A DNA stretch of 62,934 bases, filler included, from Octopus bimaculoides (Eukaryota): assembly GCF_001194135.2 (NCBI RefSeq). It is 8 parts of 7 records of this genome, joined end to end, with 100 filler letters (N's around TTAATTAATTAA, not from the genome) between each part and the next. Parts side by side here need not be neighbours in the genome. Positions count along the whole stretch, not along the records: positions 22,258 to 31,510 come from NC_068988.1; positions 31,611 to 42,867 come from NC_068983.1; 6 more parts are not named here. One strand, written 5' to 3'. The position numbers were made by a program, and so were the translations under genes. Of this stretch, positions 24,290 through 38,159 are shown piece after piece. The notes under the pieces were generated by a model. It was given only the letters and a program-made list of their open reading frames with translations, was not told the DNA's origin and searched no databases. Position 1 is the first letter of the stretch, and each line of letters opens with the position of its first letter.

Positions 24290-24690
24290 CCGTAAGCTAT
24301 ATTTATATGACTCTAACTTATAATTATCTATATTTATAAGTATCTATATTTATATAACCATAAGCAGTATTTACATAACCACGTGTTATATTTATAAAAC
24401 CAATAGCTATATTTGTATAACCAATTACTATATTTGTATAATCAAAAGCTATATTTATATAATCCTTATGTTATATTTATAAAACAATAAACTATATTTA
24501 CATAACCATAAGCTATATTTACATATCCATAAGCTATATTTACATAACCTTAAGTTATATTTATATATCCATAAGTTATATTTATTTAACCATGAGCTAT
24601 ATTTATACGACCATACGCTATAATCACATAACTATAAACAGTATCTTTATAACTATAAATTGTATCTTTATAACAATAAGCTGTATTTTA
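24290..24690. repeat. 21-bp minisatellite, about 19 diverged copies
   Basis: Consensus ccataagctatatttacataa. Confidence 0.9.
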
Positions 24691-25089
24691 TATACAATCA
24701 AGGTTTCTCTAACTTAAATGATTTTTCCATCCTGATCTACATCATTCAATTTTCATATTACATGCTTTCATATCAATTCAATCATTCATATTTCCAGTTA
24801 TGGTTGCTGCAAATATGACGAGTAACTGTTAGGAAAAAAAATTTATTGTTCTGAACCATTCCATTTCATTTTCCTTGGAGCACTTATTGCCTTGAGAAAG
24901 ACCTGACTGTCAATGTTCTGAAATCTATGAGCCGTCTCTGAGACCAAGTATTATGAATTGATATTTATAATATTATATGAATGAATATATGTATTCTTTA
25001 ATAAGTTTGCACATTTCTGTAAAATCATTTTCCATATATGTCACTTGAATTTTATTATCATTATTGCCGCCATATTGTGAAGTCATGGT

Positions 25090-27420
25090 AACTTAGAGCT
25101 CCATAAATCTACAGAAGGCGAGGTTCAAAAATGCTTTGGAGGCATGTAGCTACACAAGACTCACATCATTTGAGGAAAGAAGTTTGCCACGGTTGAAGTG
25201 CGATTTGGGACAGAAGCAGGGGCTGGATTTTATTCCACGATGACATTGAAGAATGAAGAACTCTGCTTAAACTTCAGTTATTGCAAAAGTTAGGGTGATA
25301 AACATGCCTCCTGAAATATCAACCACCGGATTGGTGGTGGCCATTTTGGCATGTATGGCAGAAAGTGTGACCGTCATGGAGGTAAAGAAAATATCTCAAT
25401 AAAATGGTCATGAATAGGTATGGAACTGACCATACAAGCCAACCAAAAAACATTAACGAAGTACCTGACCTGATCGACTTCCTGGTTGTTAGTGACATTT
25501 GAGAGGAGAAAGCCAAGATGCCACATATGTGGATCTATGACGTACTTCAAGGTTTTCTGCGCTCGGATAAAGAAGATATCCTGCCTGCTGCCAACACCAC
25601 AAACACAGAATCAAGTAGAAGAGCGGAGGATTTCAACAACCGCACCTGAAACAAGACAACGGATAAGTTTACACTCGGCTCCCACTGAAGAGTAAACATT
25701 TCCTGAATGCTCAGCTCCCAAAACCAACAACAACAGCAATGCCATGGAGAAAGAAGTACGGGCCGAAACATGGCAAACATTCACCAAAGGAAGCAGGTGA
25801 AAGAGGACAAGAGTACAAAAACCCTACCCTAAGAGCACAACAAAAACCCAATTCATAACTACTGCAACAACAACAACATTAATAATAACTACAGCTTCAA
25901 AAACAACAAAACATAAAATACAACAACCAGGAAAAAAAACTGCAAAAACAGAATATCTCAAACTGTACTGAAACACTCCCCATTAATTACAAAATTGTAA
26001 ACAAAAACAGAGTTGATGGAATACGTAAGTCATAATAAAAATAAAACCGAGACAGTTGGTAAGGAAGTTGCATATTTCGTTCTCAAAACTTCTCATTGCA
26101 GAATGTTAATAAAAGCATCTTCTAACATTTATAAAACAATTCGTGGCGGGGGCAGAATCCCAGCGAGTGAGGACATTTTAAAAAAGAGTATAGAAGTACT
26201 TTTTGGAAAATATTCACCTAAAGAGAAGATCGCAGCGTCTGGGATTTCCGAAAATGAAGGCGAGTAATCTCCCCTTTTCCTTTCTCTGACTAGCATGACT
26301 GAACTAAAGTGAGGTGTGTGAATGTGAGTGGTTTGGGTCAGCTTGCTCAACGGTGTCAGGTCGCTTGATATATACATGTTGCTCTCTTTACCGAGACAAG
26401 AATTTCTGGAACTCACGCAGTAGGTGATATTTTCGACGACTCGAGATATTCTCATCTCGTGGTCTGACAGGATCGGGTGGCGGGGTAACAGTGCTTTTCT
26501 GGAAATCTTTATATCTCCAAGTACAGACAATCTTGTGGACCCAGATGGTAAGATGGGTTCCACTTTAGCATTCCATAGAGGATTAGTGGCAGGCAAGTTG
26601 CGATGACGTTCTCAGAAGACTCTGGACGTCGACGAGAATCAACTGGCTGGTTTGTTTTGGAGGATTTTCAGGCCGTGGTTATGAATAATTTCCAGAAATC
26701 CTTGGCCTGGCAGTGCTACCAGTGGGAGTTGGGGAATTACCGGTTCGGGATAAACTCTACAGGCATGGATATGCCGTCAGCTGAACTTGCCCGAGATGCG
26801 CGCAGAGCGACGAAACTACTCTGCGCGCTCTCGCCCAGTGCTCGAGTTATGTCGAGTACTTGCTGTCACGTGCAAGACGGATCCGGCTATTGGCTGAGTC
26901 CATTTTGAAGATCGTCCCGCCGCCTTCCTTGGACTGTAAAGTGTAGGCAGTGCTTCATTGTGCGGTGGGCTTAGCGAAATAGGTTGTATGGTGGACCAGA
27001 CTGAAAGGACTCAAGACAGATACTTTTGTTCTTGGCCAAGCTCTCATCAACTTTTTCAAGTTTCACTTGAAAAGGAAAGTGAGAGTAGAGTGGAAAGTAC
27101 TAACTCCCCGCTATTTTTTTTTGAAAGGTGGATGAACGTGACAAGAATGGCCGAGTGAATGGACCTGCTCTAACCATGTTCCTATAAACGATGGGGAGAG
27201 GACATTTGCCCTAGTGGTCAGGGTCTTCTGGTTTTGTGGGGTTTCCACGGGCAACCCTAAGAAGCCTCTCTTTTCTCGGGAAATTTTTCGTTGTTAAAAT
27301 TTATTTTGCTATCGTTTTCACTGCTTATACGCTTCGTTTTATGTAATCCCACATTGTATTGTCTTGTACCGTTCCCAGTGATTTTGTGAACCCTTAGTGG
27401 TTAATAAAGAAAACATTAGT
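25090..27420 (+). mobile_element. Tx1/L1-like LINE, internally deleted (ORF1 part, EN N-terminus, ORF2 C-terminus, 3' UTR)
   Basis: KVRVINMPPEIS (ORF1). 26310-26570 aligns with the endonuclease start at 30696-30970. NNFQKSLAWQCY and TCPRCAQSDETT (C-terminal zinc region) follow, then RWMNVTRMA and a 3' end ...ggttaataaagaaa. Confidence 0.8.
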
Positions 27421-27432
27421 ACTATTATTGTT

Positions 27433-27731
27433 TGTTATAGTAAAAATGGTACACCCTTTCCCACGTGATAAAGTAGTATATAAAGCCATTATAAAGTCAG
27501 GCAATCAGTTGTAGGTGACCAGTAGTAGTAGAGTCGTTGTACGAGTTCTCAGTTGGAGTCAGTGTCAGTTACGTGATATACACGAGTTCGAGTTACCGTC
27601 AAGGCAGATGTTACAAAGCTGTTGCCTTGAAGAGCTATCAGTGATAGCACGATTGACGAGTCAAAGATGAGACGCGGAATACCGCCACAACATCTATCAG
27701 CGGCGACAAGAATATTACATTGCCGACAACA
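27433..27731 (+). mobile_element. Possible solo LTR
   Basis: TGTT...AACA termini, TATA-like gtatataaag, flanks ttgtt / ttctt (4 of 5 match as TSD), 299 bp. Confidence 0.3.
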
Positions 27732-27783
27732 TTCTTCTTCTTCTTCTTCTTCTTCTTCTTCTTCTTCTTCTTCTTCTTCTTCC

Positions 27784-27829
<46 letters not shown>

Positions 27830-29124
27830 ATTATTATTATTATTATTANNNNNNNNNNNNNNNNNNNNNNNNNNNNNNNNNNNNNNNNNNNNNNNNNNNN
27901 NNNNNNNNNNNNNNNNNNNNNNNNNNNNNNNNNNNNNNNNNNNNNNNNNNNNNNNNNNNNNNNNNNNNNNNNNNNNNNNNNNNNNNNNNNNNNNNNNNNN
28001 NNNNNNNNNNNNNNNNNNNNNNNNNNNNNNNNNNNNNNNNNNNNNNNNNNNNNNNNNNNNNNNNNNNNNNNNNNNNNNNNNNNNNNNNNNNNNNNNNNNN
28101 NNNNNNNNNNNNNNNNNNNNNNNNNNNNNNNNNNNNNNNNNNNNNNNNNNNNNNNNNNNNNNNNNNNNNNNNNNNNNNNNNNNNNNNNNNNNNNNNNNNN
28201 NNNNNNNNNNNNNNNNNNNNNNNNNNNNNNNNNNNNNNNNNNNNNNNNNNNNNNNNNNNNNNNNNNNNNNNNNNNNNNNNNNNNNNNNNNNNNNNNNNNN
28301 NNNNNNNNNNNNNNNNNNNNNNNNNNNNNNNNNNNNNNNNNNNNNNNNNNNNNNNNNNNNNNNNNNNNNNNNNNNNNNNNNNNNNNNNNNNNNNNNNNNN
28401 NNNNNNNNNNNNNNNNNNNNNNNNNNNNNNNNNNNNNNNNNNNNNNNNNNNNNNNNNNNNNNNNNNNNNNNNNNNNNNNNNNNNNNNNNNNNNNNNNNNN
28501 NNNNNNNNNNNNNNNNNNNNNNNNNNNNNNNNNNNNNNNNNNNNNNNNNNNNNNNNNNNNNNNNNNNNNNNNNNNNNNNNNNNNNNNNNNNNNNNNNNNN
28601 NNNNNNNNNNNNNNNNNNNNNNNNNNNNNNNNNNNNNNNNNNNNNNNNNNNNNNNNNNNNNNNNNNNNNNNNNNNNNNNNNNNNNNNNNNNNNNNNNNNN
28701 NNNNNNNNNNNNNNNNNNNNNNNNNNNNNNNNNNNNNNNNNNNNNNNNNNNNNNNNNNNNNNNNNNNNNNNNNNNNNNNNNNNNNNNNNNNNNNNNNNNN
28801 NNNNNNNNNNNNNNNNNNNNNNNNNNNNNNNNNNNNNNNNNNNNNNNAAAACAAATATTTCGCAGTTTTCTGCAATTTTTTTTTAAAGATGGCTGATAAA
28901 AAAGCTACCATAATGTTCGATAAAGGAACGCGCTCCTTGAGAAATTTTGAGAACAAAGAAAGAAATGGGAATATTAACATCGAGTAGCCTAAACTTAATG
29001 ACGTCACCGGGGCGAAAAATGTTTCGTCTCTAAGCAACGTCAAAATTTTAGGTGTCGACAAAAGAAGAACAACAGCAGCGGCAGTAACAGCAGCAGCAGC
29101 AGTAGTGCCACCAGCAGCAGCAGC

Positions 29125-29203
<79 letters not shown>

Positions 29204-29279
29204 GCAACAACAATACGAAAGAAATAAAGCATAAAAATGCAAATATCGCCCCTGTTTCTTTTGTGTCAGCAGCGAGAAA

Positions 29280-31510
29280 TATGGAATGCTTACACATAGA
29301 TGAAGAAGAATTATAATTTGCTCGAAAATTCGTTATAAGAGATGGGAGAAAGGTAGCTCTAAACCCCTATCGGACGTGATAGAAAATATTGCAAGATGCA
29401 CGGTAACATACCGTTGCATCGGAGTTAAGTCTCGGCGGGTGGAAAATGCTCCCGAGAACGAATTACAAAAATGCCTTGGATGCGTGTGGGAACAAAAGAC
29501 CCACATCACCTGAGGAAAGAAGTTTGGAACCACTGAGGTGAGATTTGGGACGGAAGAAGAAGCTAAATGTAAGTCCGCAACCACTTTGAAGAATGACAAC
29601 CTTTTCTTAATCCCCAGCTATCGCGGCCAACGTCTTGCCAAGATTAGAGTGCTGAATGTGCCGCCAGAAATATCCATTACCTGGTTAGTGACTGCCGTCT
29701 TGGCAGGTTTAGAAGAAGACGAAGTCACAATACTGGAGGTCAAGAAACTACCTAATCAAAACTGGTTAGGTATAGGTATAGAACTGACGTTGAAATGCAT
29801 GCAGGACCATATAGACCAGCTGCCCGATCTAATCGATCTCCCGGATGTATTCACCTGTCAGAGTTCGTGGAGGGTAGAAAGCCAAGATGCCATAAATGTA
29901 GATCTGTAAAACACTTAAAGGTTTCCTACCCTGGAATAAAGAAAAATGAAGTCTCACCGCAGCCAACATCACAAGAACCACAAGTGCTAAGTCATAAACA
30001 AGTGCACAAGACACCAGTACCTTCCACCGGAGTCTACCCCTGGTTGCTATGGAAAAGCAAGCTTCTCCTGAATTTTCTTCCTCCCAAACCAACGTCAACT
30101 GCAATGACATGGAGAAGGAAGAGCTGAACGATCAATGGATCACAGTGACAAAAGAGGGGAGGCGAAAGAGGAAGAGAGTACATAGCCCTACTCCAAGAAA
30201 TCAACAAGAACTTATTCTGAAACCACAACTGCAACACAATTCACAACCATTCCAGGAAAAACTGCAAGAACAAGATCAACAACTTCAAAGACAGCAACAT
30301 CATCAACAACAACATGAAATTAGAGAAACCGAGAAACAACCGATTACAGAACTTCAAAAATATTCATCAGACAGTAGACGAACTGTATCCATCAATTTCA
30401 CCGTTGTGAACAAGTGTAACAGGGATTTTGTAAATCAAAATAAAAATGATATAGAGACAGAGGGAAAAAAAAATTGAGGATTGTATCCTCGAACCCCACA
30501 AAAACAGACGCCTAATTAAAATGTCGTCAAACGTTTATAAAACTATGATAGAAAAATTCTCGGGAAGTGTGGGGATTTAAAAAAAATCTATTGATAAAAG
30601 GCTGTTGGAAGGGCCTTTTAAAAAGGCTTCTCGAAAACCAAGGTGAGTAAACTCCTCACTTTCTTTCTCCGACTACCTGGCTGTGCTGGGAATGGGATGT
30701 GTGAATGTGCGTGGCCTGNNNNNNNNNNNGATCATCCTGGAAGCATGGTCACTTGCTCAATGATCTCAGGTCACTTGATTTGGATGTGACTGCCATTAGT
30801 GAAACACGGCTCTCCGGAAAACACGCTCTAGCATCCATTTTCGAAGACTACGAGGTATTCTTATCTTGTGGTCTATCGAGAGCAGGTGGCGGTGTAGCAG
30901 TGCTTCTCCGGAGATCCTTAGATCTCCAAGTACGGGCTATCTTCCTGGATCCGGATGGTAAGTTGGTGGTTCTGGGCGTGAACAGTAATGAAGGTGGTGC
31001 CTGTAGACTAGTGGGGACTTAACAGGGGCTGGGAGGCCAGATTTCTTCAGGCGTCTAGAAACATTCTTGGGAACGTCTCGCACTTTAATACTAGTGGGGT
31101 ACTGGAATAGTATTTTGGACGCACGGAAGGACTGTGTGGGTTTAGTACATACTAGAAAGGGGTGTAAAAGCCACGAAAACCTGCTCAGGGCTTTCCAGCT
31201 TTCTGACAGGTACTGACAGGTACCGACATGGAGCAACCACAGATGGTCATCCAGATCGTATTTAGATACAGTTTTTGTTAGGTCAGAGAATAGGGTTAGC
31301 TTAGGTTGTCCACAATTTAAATTGGTCGGCTGCACAAATCACAAATTTGTGATATGCTCAGTCGATTTAGATAGGACTCGAAGACAGGGACCCGGTTACT
31401 GGAAGTTGAATGCGTCCTTACCGGCTCACAAAGAAGACAGGGACCGGATTAGCGAACTGGTTAAGCGGCGGTTGATGGGGTCTATCGTCAACAACCGGTG
31501 GTGGATCGCT
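29280..31510 (+). mobile_element. Tx1/L1-like LINE: ORF1 with zinc knuckle and APE endonuclease of ORF2, cut at contig end
   Basis: KKFGTTEVRF...KIRVLNVPPEIS...EGRKPRCHKCRSVKH; GCVNVRGL, AISETRL, GGVAVLL, SYLDTVFV, NHKFV, GPGYWKLNASL (Tx1/L1-type post-EN motif). Stops and frameshifts present. Confidence 0.88.
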
Positions 31511-33680
31511 NNNNNNNNNNNNNNNNNNNNNNNNNNNNNNNNNNNNNNNNNNNNTTAATTAATTAANNNNNNNNNNNNNNNNNNNNNNNNNNNNNNNNNN
31601 NNNNNNNNNNTATATTTATGTTTATATATATGTAAGCAAACATTCATACACACCTACACACAAGTGTCAACACACACAGATATAGACGAGTACACACACA
31701 CACACACACACACAGAGCCACGTTAAGTCAAATGCTTTTCGCGTTCTAATTACTTTTGTCTTGTTTCAAAATTTCAAAACTGTAATGCGCGCGCGCGTGC
31801 GTTTGTGTGTAACTTTTTGCTTCTGTCCTTGTGAGAGTGTGTATTTGCATATGTGCTCCTGCATGTGTTTGTATGTGCACCTGTATATATCTGTGTACAT
31901 GTGCACATGGGGCTCCTTCGTGTGTGATAGTGTGTGTATATATATGCATCTATATACGCAACGATGACTTGCATCTATTGCTATGCGCCACCAACAAAGT
32001 CTTATTACTCATAGAGTATCATTTACTCCTCACTCTATAACATCGTAAATCAGTCTTGTCTAAAATTTAATCAAGAGTCATTTCATATACAAACGTATAT
32101 TATGTATCAATGAGATATCCAACGATTCGATATCATTGTAAAGATGGATATTCTTTTTTTTATTAAGTATCAGTGTGAGGTGGCTGTGAAAGAGAGTGGG
32201 AGTAGGAATGTGTGGTTATAAGTGGTGGGAGTTAGCGAGAGGTGGAGAGAAGTGGTGTTATGCATGTGGTAGGAAGTGACGAACAATGCATGAAGGGGAG
32301 TTATCGACAGCAATTGATCGTATACCATTTATGATACGTCATTTGCAATGAGATTTGTGGTAAAAAGGAAAATGATATAGTTAGCTAGAGCATTGTCAGT
32401 GGGCGTCGACGACGACGACGATGATGATGAGGTCCATCATCATCATCATAATGTTTTTTCTTCTTGCTGTTCCTACTGGTGTTGGGTTGGTTTCTTGGTG
32501 ATAACAATTGCTTTGATATTCTCTTGGTAATGCAGTTAATAACAACCAGACTCGCCTGAGAATTTTGCTTCGTTGTGGTTCCTACTCCCAGATCAGCCCT
32601 GATGAAACAGATTTATAACCAAGGCCCTCCAGGCATGACATTCCCCACCTTTTTTAAAGCATAATATATCTTGGATTAGATTATCCTAGATTCAATACGT
32701 TAGTCTCCTTCCTTCTTTAAAGATGGGATGATTTAGTTGCTATTTCTAGTAGACTGAACGATTATGCATACGCTCCTTTGAATCATGTGTGTCGCTTGTA
32801 ATAATGCCAAGCGCGTTATTCTTTGTAATTTGTAAAGTGTTTGGATTTTATAGTGCAGTGATTGGAGTTTTACTGAAGCTGGTATAATTGCGATAAACTT
32901 AATACATTTGCATATATCAGGTCTTTGTATTGGACAAATGGGATTTATATCAATGTTCAAAGTGTGTATTTTTTCTCTACTATGTCTCCTATGGGTGTGG
33001 GTAATTACTGCTACTTTATTTTCTCTGCGTGCATGTCTGGTAGTCTCTTATCTATTACTTGTTTCAGGTGTATGGACTGTGGCCATGCTGAAGCATCGCC
33101 TTGAAAGTTTTTGGCGAACTAATCGACCTTAGTACTTATTGTATTGGTTTGTTATGCCGAGTCGCTAAGTTACGGGAACGTAAACATAAGTCAAAGGCTG
33201 ATTGGATAGACCTATAACGCAGAGACCCCCACCATGACCATCTCTCCTAGGAGTATATAAGAGGTATTATCCTCTGTAGCTTCGTAAAACTCTAGAATAT
33301 AGTTTGAGATTTGGCTGCTAATTTTAGCAGGTCAGTTAATCACAAATAAGCGTTGCTGTTAGCTGTAACGGTCTTGATGGTTGTTTATTCCTGACCGAAC
33401 AGGCCTATGATAAAAAACAACCCAGCCGTCACCACCACACCTTTCAAATCTACTGAGTTAAATTTAACTCTATTACTAGCAGGTCTTGGAACTACGTAGA
33501 GGCTCACTCGTTGGTACGTTCTTAGTGTTGGTGTTGATTGTAGTGCTGGTACTAGTAGTGACGTTGTTAGAAATAATGGTGTTGGTTGTAGTAATGGCAT
33601 GTGGTGGTGCTGGTGGTGGTTAGGGACAATGATGGTGATTATGACAAGATTCCAAAGAAAACGTCCTCATATTTACTTAC

Positions 33681-33774
33681 CTTGAGCATGACTGTGAAAG
33701 CATGTTTGTCACTTGGTACACTTCCTCTGACCCCAGGGAATTCCCAGTCCATGTCTAAACCATCGAAACCATAG
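33681..33774 (-). CDS. GH18 chitinase exon with the catalytic motif
   Basis: cctgtttttag acceptor, AAG|gtaagt donor, 94 bp, phase 2 to 0. Encodes (R)[31 protein letters not shown]; DxxDxDxE is intact. Confidence 0.96.
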
Positions 33775-35860
33775 CTAAAAACAGGGAGGAAAATGAGATA
33801 ATGAACGTGAAGGTCGAGAAGAAAGTCTAAAAGAAACACGTACGTTGATTAACAAAAACTTCATCAGAAGCGATAAACCATCGTATTTAGTTCTAGCCTT
33901 CTATGTTCCAATTGAAATTACACCGGAATCAATTTAGGTCATCATATCGTTGTATGTGAAACTTAGTCTGTGGCTAGTGATAGAAGTCTTAGTGGAATGA
34001 CAGACTTGGCAGGAATTGGAAAATTTCAAAATAATTCGCGTAGCCCCCCCCCTTATCCCTGGAAGGCTGTTAATACAAAGTTGGGTAGTAATCTCTTCAC
34101 AATGTGAGACGGGATTAAAAATTTGAACTTGAAATGAAATATGATGAGATACGAAGTGTTCTCGTATAAATGTCTATCTATAATGTAAATTCTTTTTTTT
34201 TAATTGTCTATATTTATCTCTTTTATCTTTTGCTTGTTTCAGTCATAAGATTGCGGCCATACTGGAACATCGCCTTGAAGGGTTTAGTCGAACAAATCCA
34301 TCCCCAGTACTTTTTTCCTAAGCCTGCTGAACAGCTGCGCTACGAGTACGTAAACAAACTAACATTGGTTGTTAAGCGGTGGTAGAGGACAAGCACAAAA
34401 ACACGTGCGCGCACACACACACATACACACACGCACACATGCACACGCGCGCACACACATATATGCTCAGTCTACCAAGTCCACTATCAAGGCTTTGGTC
34501 GCTCCTCGGTTATAATGAAAGACACTTGCCCATGGTGCCACACAGTGGGACTGAATCTGAAACCATGTGATTGGGAAGCAAACTTCTTGCGAAACTGCCA
34601 CACCTATGGCGAAGTTCTTACAATTTCTAGTTAGTGGTTAGTCTCTTCCTCCTTCGACTATGCAATAAAAAAAACTGAATATTACTTGAATAAAAAGAGT
34701 CGTCAGATCGTATTTGCAACATATTTTCGATCCCAAGTGAAGACATAACCCGTCACTGATGTCGTTAATGTCTCTCCAGACATGTATAACAATCCCAGAT
34801 ATATATTTCATTGCGATAGAACTTTGTGTTTTGACGAAAGAAACCAATATTCTAACGATTGTGAAGTTAGAGTTAATATATTTAATGCAATGAGCAGCGG
34901 AAATCTCACTACAGAGAATTATGTACTGAAGAAATAAAAGACCGGTAAAGACATTAGCCAATGACTAACATTTTTTTAACTACTCCGGCATGTAGGGGAG
35001 ACAACTCCAGATATATTTCGATATAATTTGACTTCCTCAGCAAAGAAAATCTTATTTGCCAGAGGTAGTGATGAAAAAACCACTAAAGAAATATACAGTA
35101 CTGTACTCGAGAAAGGATAAAAAATTTGCATATTTTTTTGTGAATAGATTGCCGATCGAAATAACTCAGTAATACTATCCATACGAAAAACTGATTTTAC
35201 TGTTTTTATATTTAACATATTTAATGAAGTAAGTATAGCCGAGGGATGCTGAACTACACTTTTGGGGTTGTGACTCATGGCCAGAAAACGTAACTTCAAC
35301 AAAAAGGATGATTTGCCAGGAGAACCAGTTCTTAACCACACAATATGAATTTACGCTTCGTTCTCTCTTAAATTAAGTATAAATATTTATCTACTTTAAA
35401 TTGAACACTTAACTACCACTCCGTCCTGTCACATTGATAATCCGTTGGTGATTTAGTATCTGTATAGTCTCATAATATTGTCTTATATAGGAAATGTCAT
35501 ATTTTGATTCTATCTTCGACGAGTAATTTAACCCGAAAATATGAATAAATAAATTTATGGATGAGTTTTTTCCTAAATAAACATTGCAATGAATAGAATC
35601 GGGTTTCAAGACCAGTCAGTGGGTTTGCTGTTCCTTTATGACCTTAAATTGGTGATTAATGAGATATAATCATTTTACATTACTAATATTAAAGGTCTAA
35701 GTCAGTCAAGGACAACTCTTTTTTTGAGAAACGGGTTGCATGAGACATGGATCATTATTAGGCGGGCCGCACACAACTAAAAGATAATTCTTTGCAACGT
35801 GTGCAATTCAGAATATCCCGTGAGCCGCAGTTTGCCCATGGCGGATTTAAGTGGCACGCA

Positions 35861-35914
<54 letters not shown>

Positions 35915-35966
35915 TGCCTAAATGGATAGATGTACGTGTGTGTATATATGCATCTCTCTCTCTCTC

Positions 35967-36011
<45 letters not shown>

Positions 36012-37112
36012 ACAGAGATAGATAAATAGAGAGAGAGAGAGAGAGGGCAACTGTTCAAAATGAATTTTAACCGCGTCTGAGGGCCTGTAACGGCTAACAA
36101 TGCATACTCTTCTTCCAGAGCAAACTATACTAAAAGGAGAAGAAGAAAATGGAGAGGGTTGCAAGTACTACTGCATTAAGATGATCATATTACACGCGCG
36201 CGCGCGCGCGCACAATATACACATAGTACACAGAAGTGATCTCATTGATCAGAGTAGTGTCGATGGCGAAGTGGTAAAAGCGATGCATGATGGTAATGAT
36301 AATAGTGATGATGTTAGTATTATTGTTGTTGATAATTATGGTTTATTACTGAAAAAAAAAATGAAAAAAAAAAGCAGACACGCGTATACATACTCTTTCC
36401 CTCTCTCTTCCACTATTTCTTCCTCGCTTTCACATACACAGCAAGCAAACACGGTCATGTACAAAACCATTTGAAAAACCAGCAGGCGGTAAAAAATTTA
36501 CTGGCCGACATTTTGAATGCAGCAGACGATAATAAAGATTTGAAAAGGATGAGAAGACGAGAAAATATTTGTTTTATTTTTTAAATAAAAAAAAAAAGCA
36601 GTTACAACAATAATAAATGTATGAATAAATGGAGAGATAACGTCTGAAAGTATATGAGGCGTATCAGAGAAATTTTGCTGACCAGCATGTTAGTGAGGCG
36701 TGGAAGCAGAATGGAAACTGATTCCTTTCAATGACGCGCTGTCAGCCCAAACGAGTTTTTGTAACATCGTATATCATTGGAAATATAGCGAAGGCGGCAG
36801 AAATACCGAAAGAATGAACATAAACTATTTGATAAACATACCAATAATAAATAATCCAAAAGGAGTACACAAGCAAACATTCATATTGCAAGAAAACAAA
36901 CAGGAGAAATAAAGAAAAATACAAACTAGGTGCATGTATCGCCGTGCGGTTAAGAAGTTCGCTTTGTAGCCATGTGGTTTCGGGTTTCAGTTCCACTGCG
37001 CAGCACTTTAGGCAAGTGTCTTCTACTATAGCTCCGGGTCGACCAATGCCTTGTGAATGAATTTGGAAGATGAATACTGTGTGGAAGCTCACCTGTATGT
37101 GTAGAAGCTCAC

Positions 37113-37148
<36 letters not shown>

Positions 37149-38106
37149 GTGTGTTTATGTTTGTCCCACCCACCGCTTAAGAACTGACGTTGGTTCATGT
37201 TCCGGTAACGTAGCTGTTCAGTAAAAGAAATCGATACAAAAGTTACCAGTTGAGCACTAGGGTCCATGTAATCAACTTAACCCGTCTCCCGAAGTTGCTG
37301 GCCTTGTGCGAAAATNNNNNNNNNNNNNNNNNNNNNNNNNNNNNNNNNNNNNNNNNNNNNNNNNNNNNNNNNNNNNNNNNNNNNNNNNNNNNNNNNNNNN
37401 NNNNNNNNNNNNNNNNNNNNNNNNNNNNNNNNNNNNNNNNNNNNNNNNNNNNNNNNNNNNNNNNNNNNNNNNNNNNNNNNNNNNNNNNNNNNNNNNNNNN
37501 NNNNNNNNNNNNNNNNNNNNNNNNNNNNNNNNNNNNNNNNNNNNNNNNNNNNNNNNNNNNNNNNNNNNNNNNNAATCATAGCGAATAGTTTCTAAGTGAA
37601 CTTAACTTGCGATCGGGTTTCCATTCTACTTCCCCATAATTTATGCGGCTAATGCTGATGAATTTCTCTCTCACCTTTAAATTTCTAGCCATATAGGCTC
37701 AAGCATGGCTGTGTGGTTAACAAGTTTCGCTTTTCAGTCATTAGGTTTTGGGTTCAGTCCTATTGAGTATGTTTAACTATAGTCCCACGTTGATTAATAC
37801 CTTGTGAAGGCGGTGAGCTGGCAGAATCGTTAGCGCGCTGGACGAAATGCTTAGCGGTATTTCGCCCGTCGCTACGTTCTGAGTTCAAATTCCGCCGAGG
37901 TCGACTTTGCCGTTCATCCTTTCAGGGTCGATAATTTAAGTACCAGTTAAGTACTGAGGTCGATGTAATCGACTTAACCCCTCCTCAAAAATTTCAGGCC
38001 TTGTGCCTTGAGTAGAAAAGATTAATGCCTTGTGAGTAAATTTGCTACATGGAGACTACACAGAAGTATGTCATATATATATATATATATATATATACAC
38101 AACGGG

Positions 38107-38159
<53 letters not shown>

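Noticed and set aside
32500-32580. LLLTA resembling the next chitinase exon (RLLLTAAV)
   Set aside because: Lies in a repeat, lacks a phase-0 acceptor, and the flanking residues do not match GH18.
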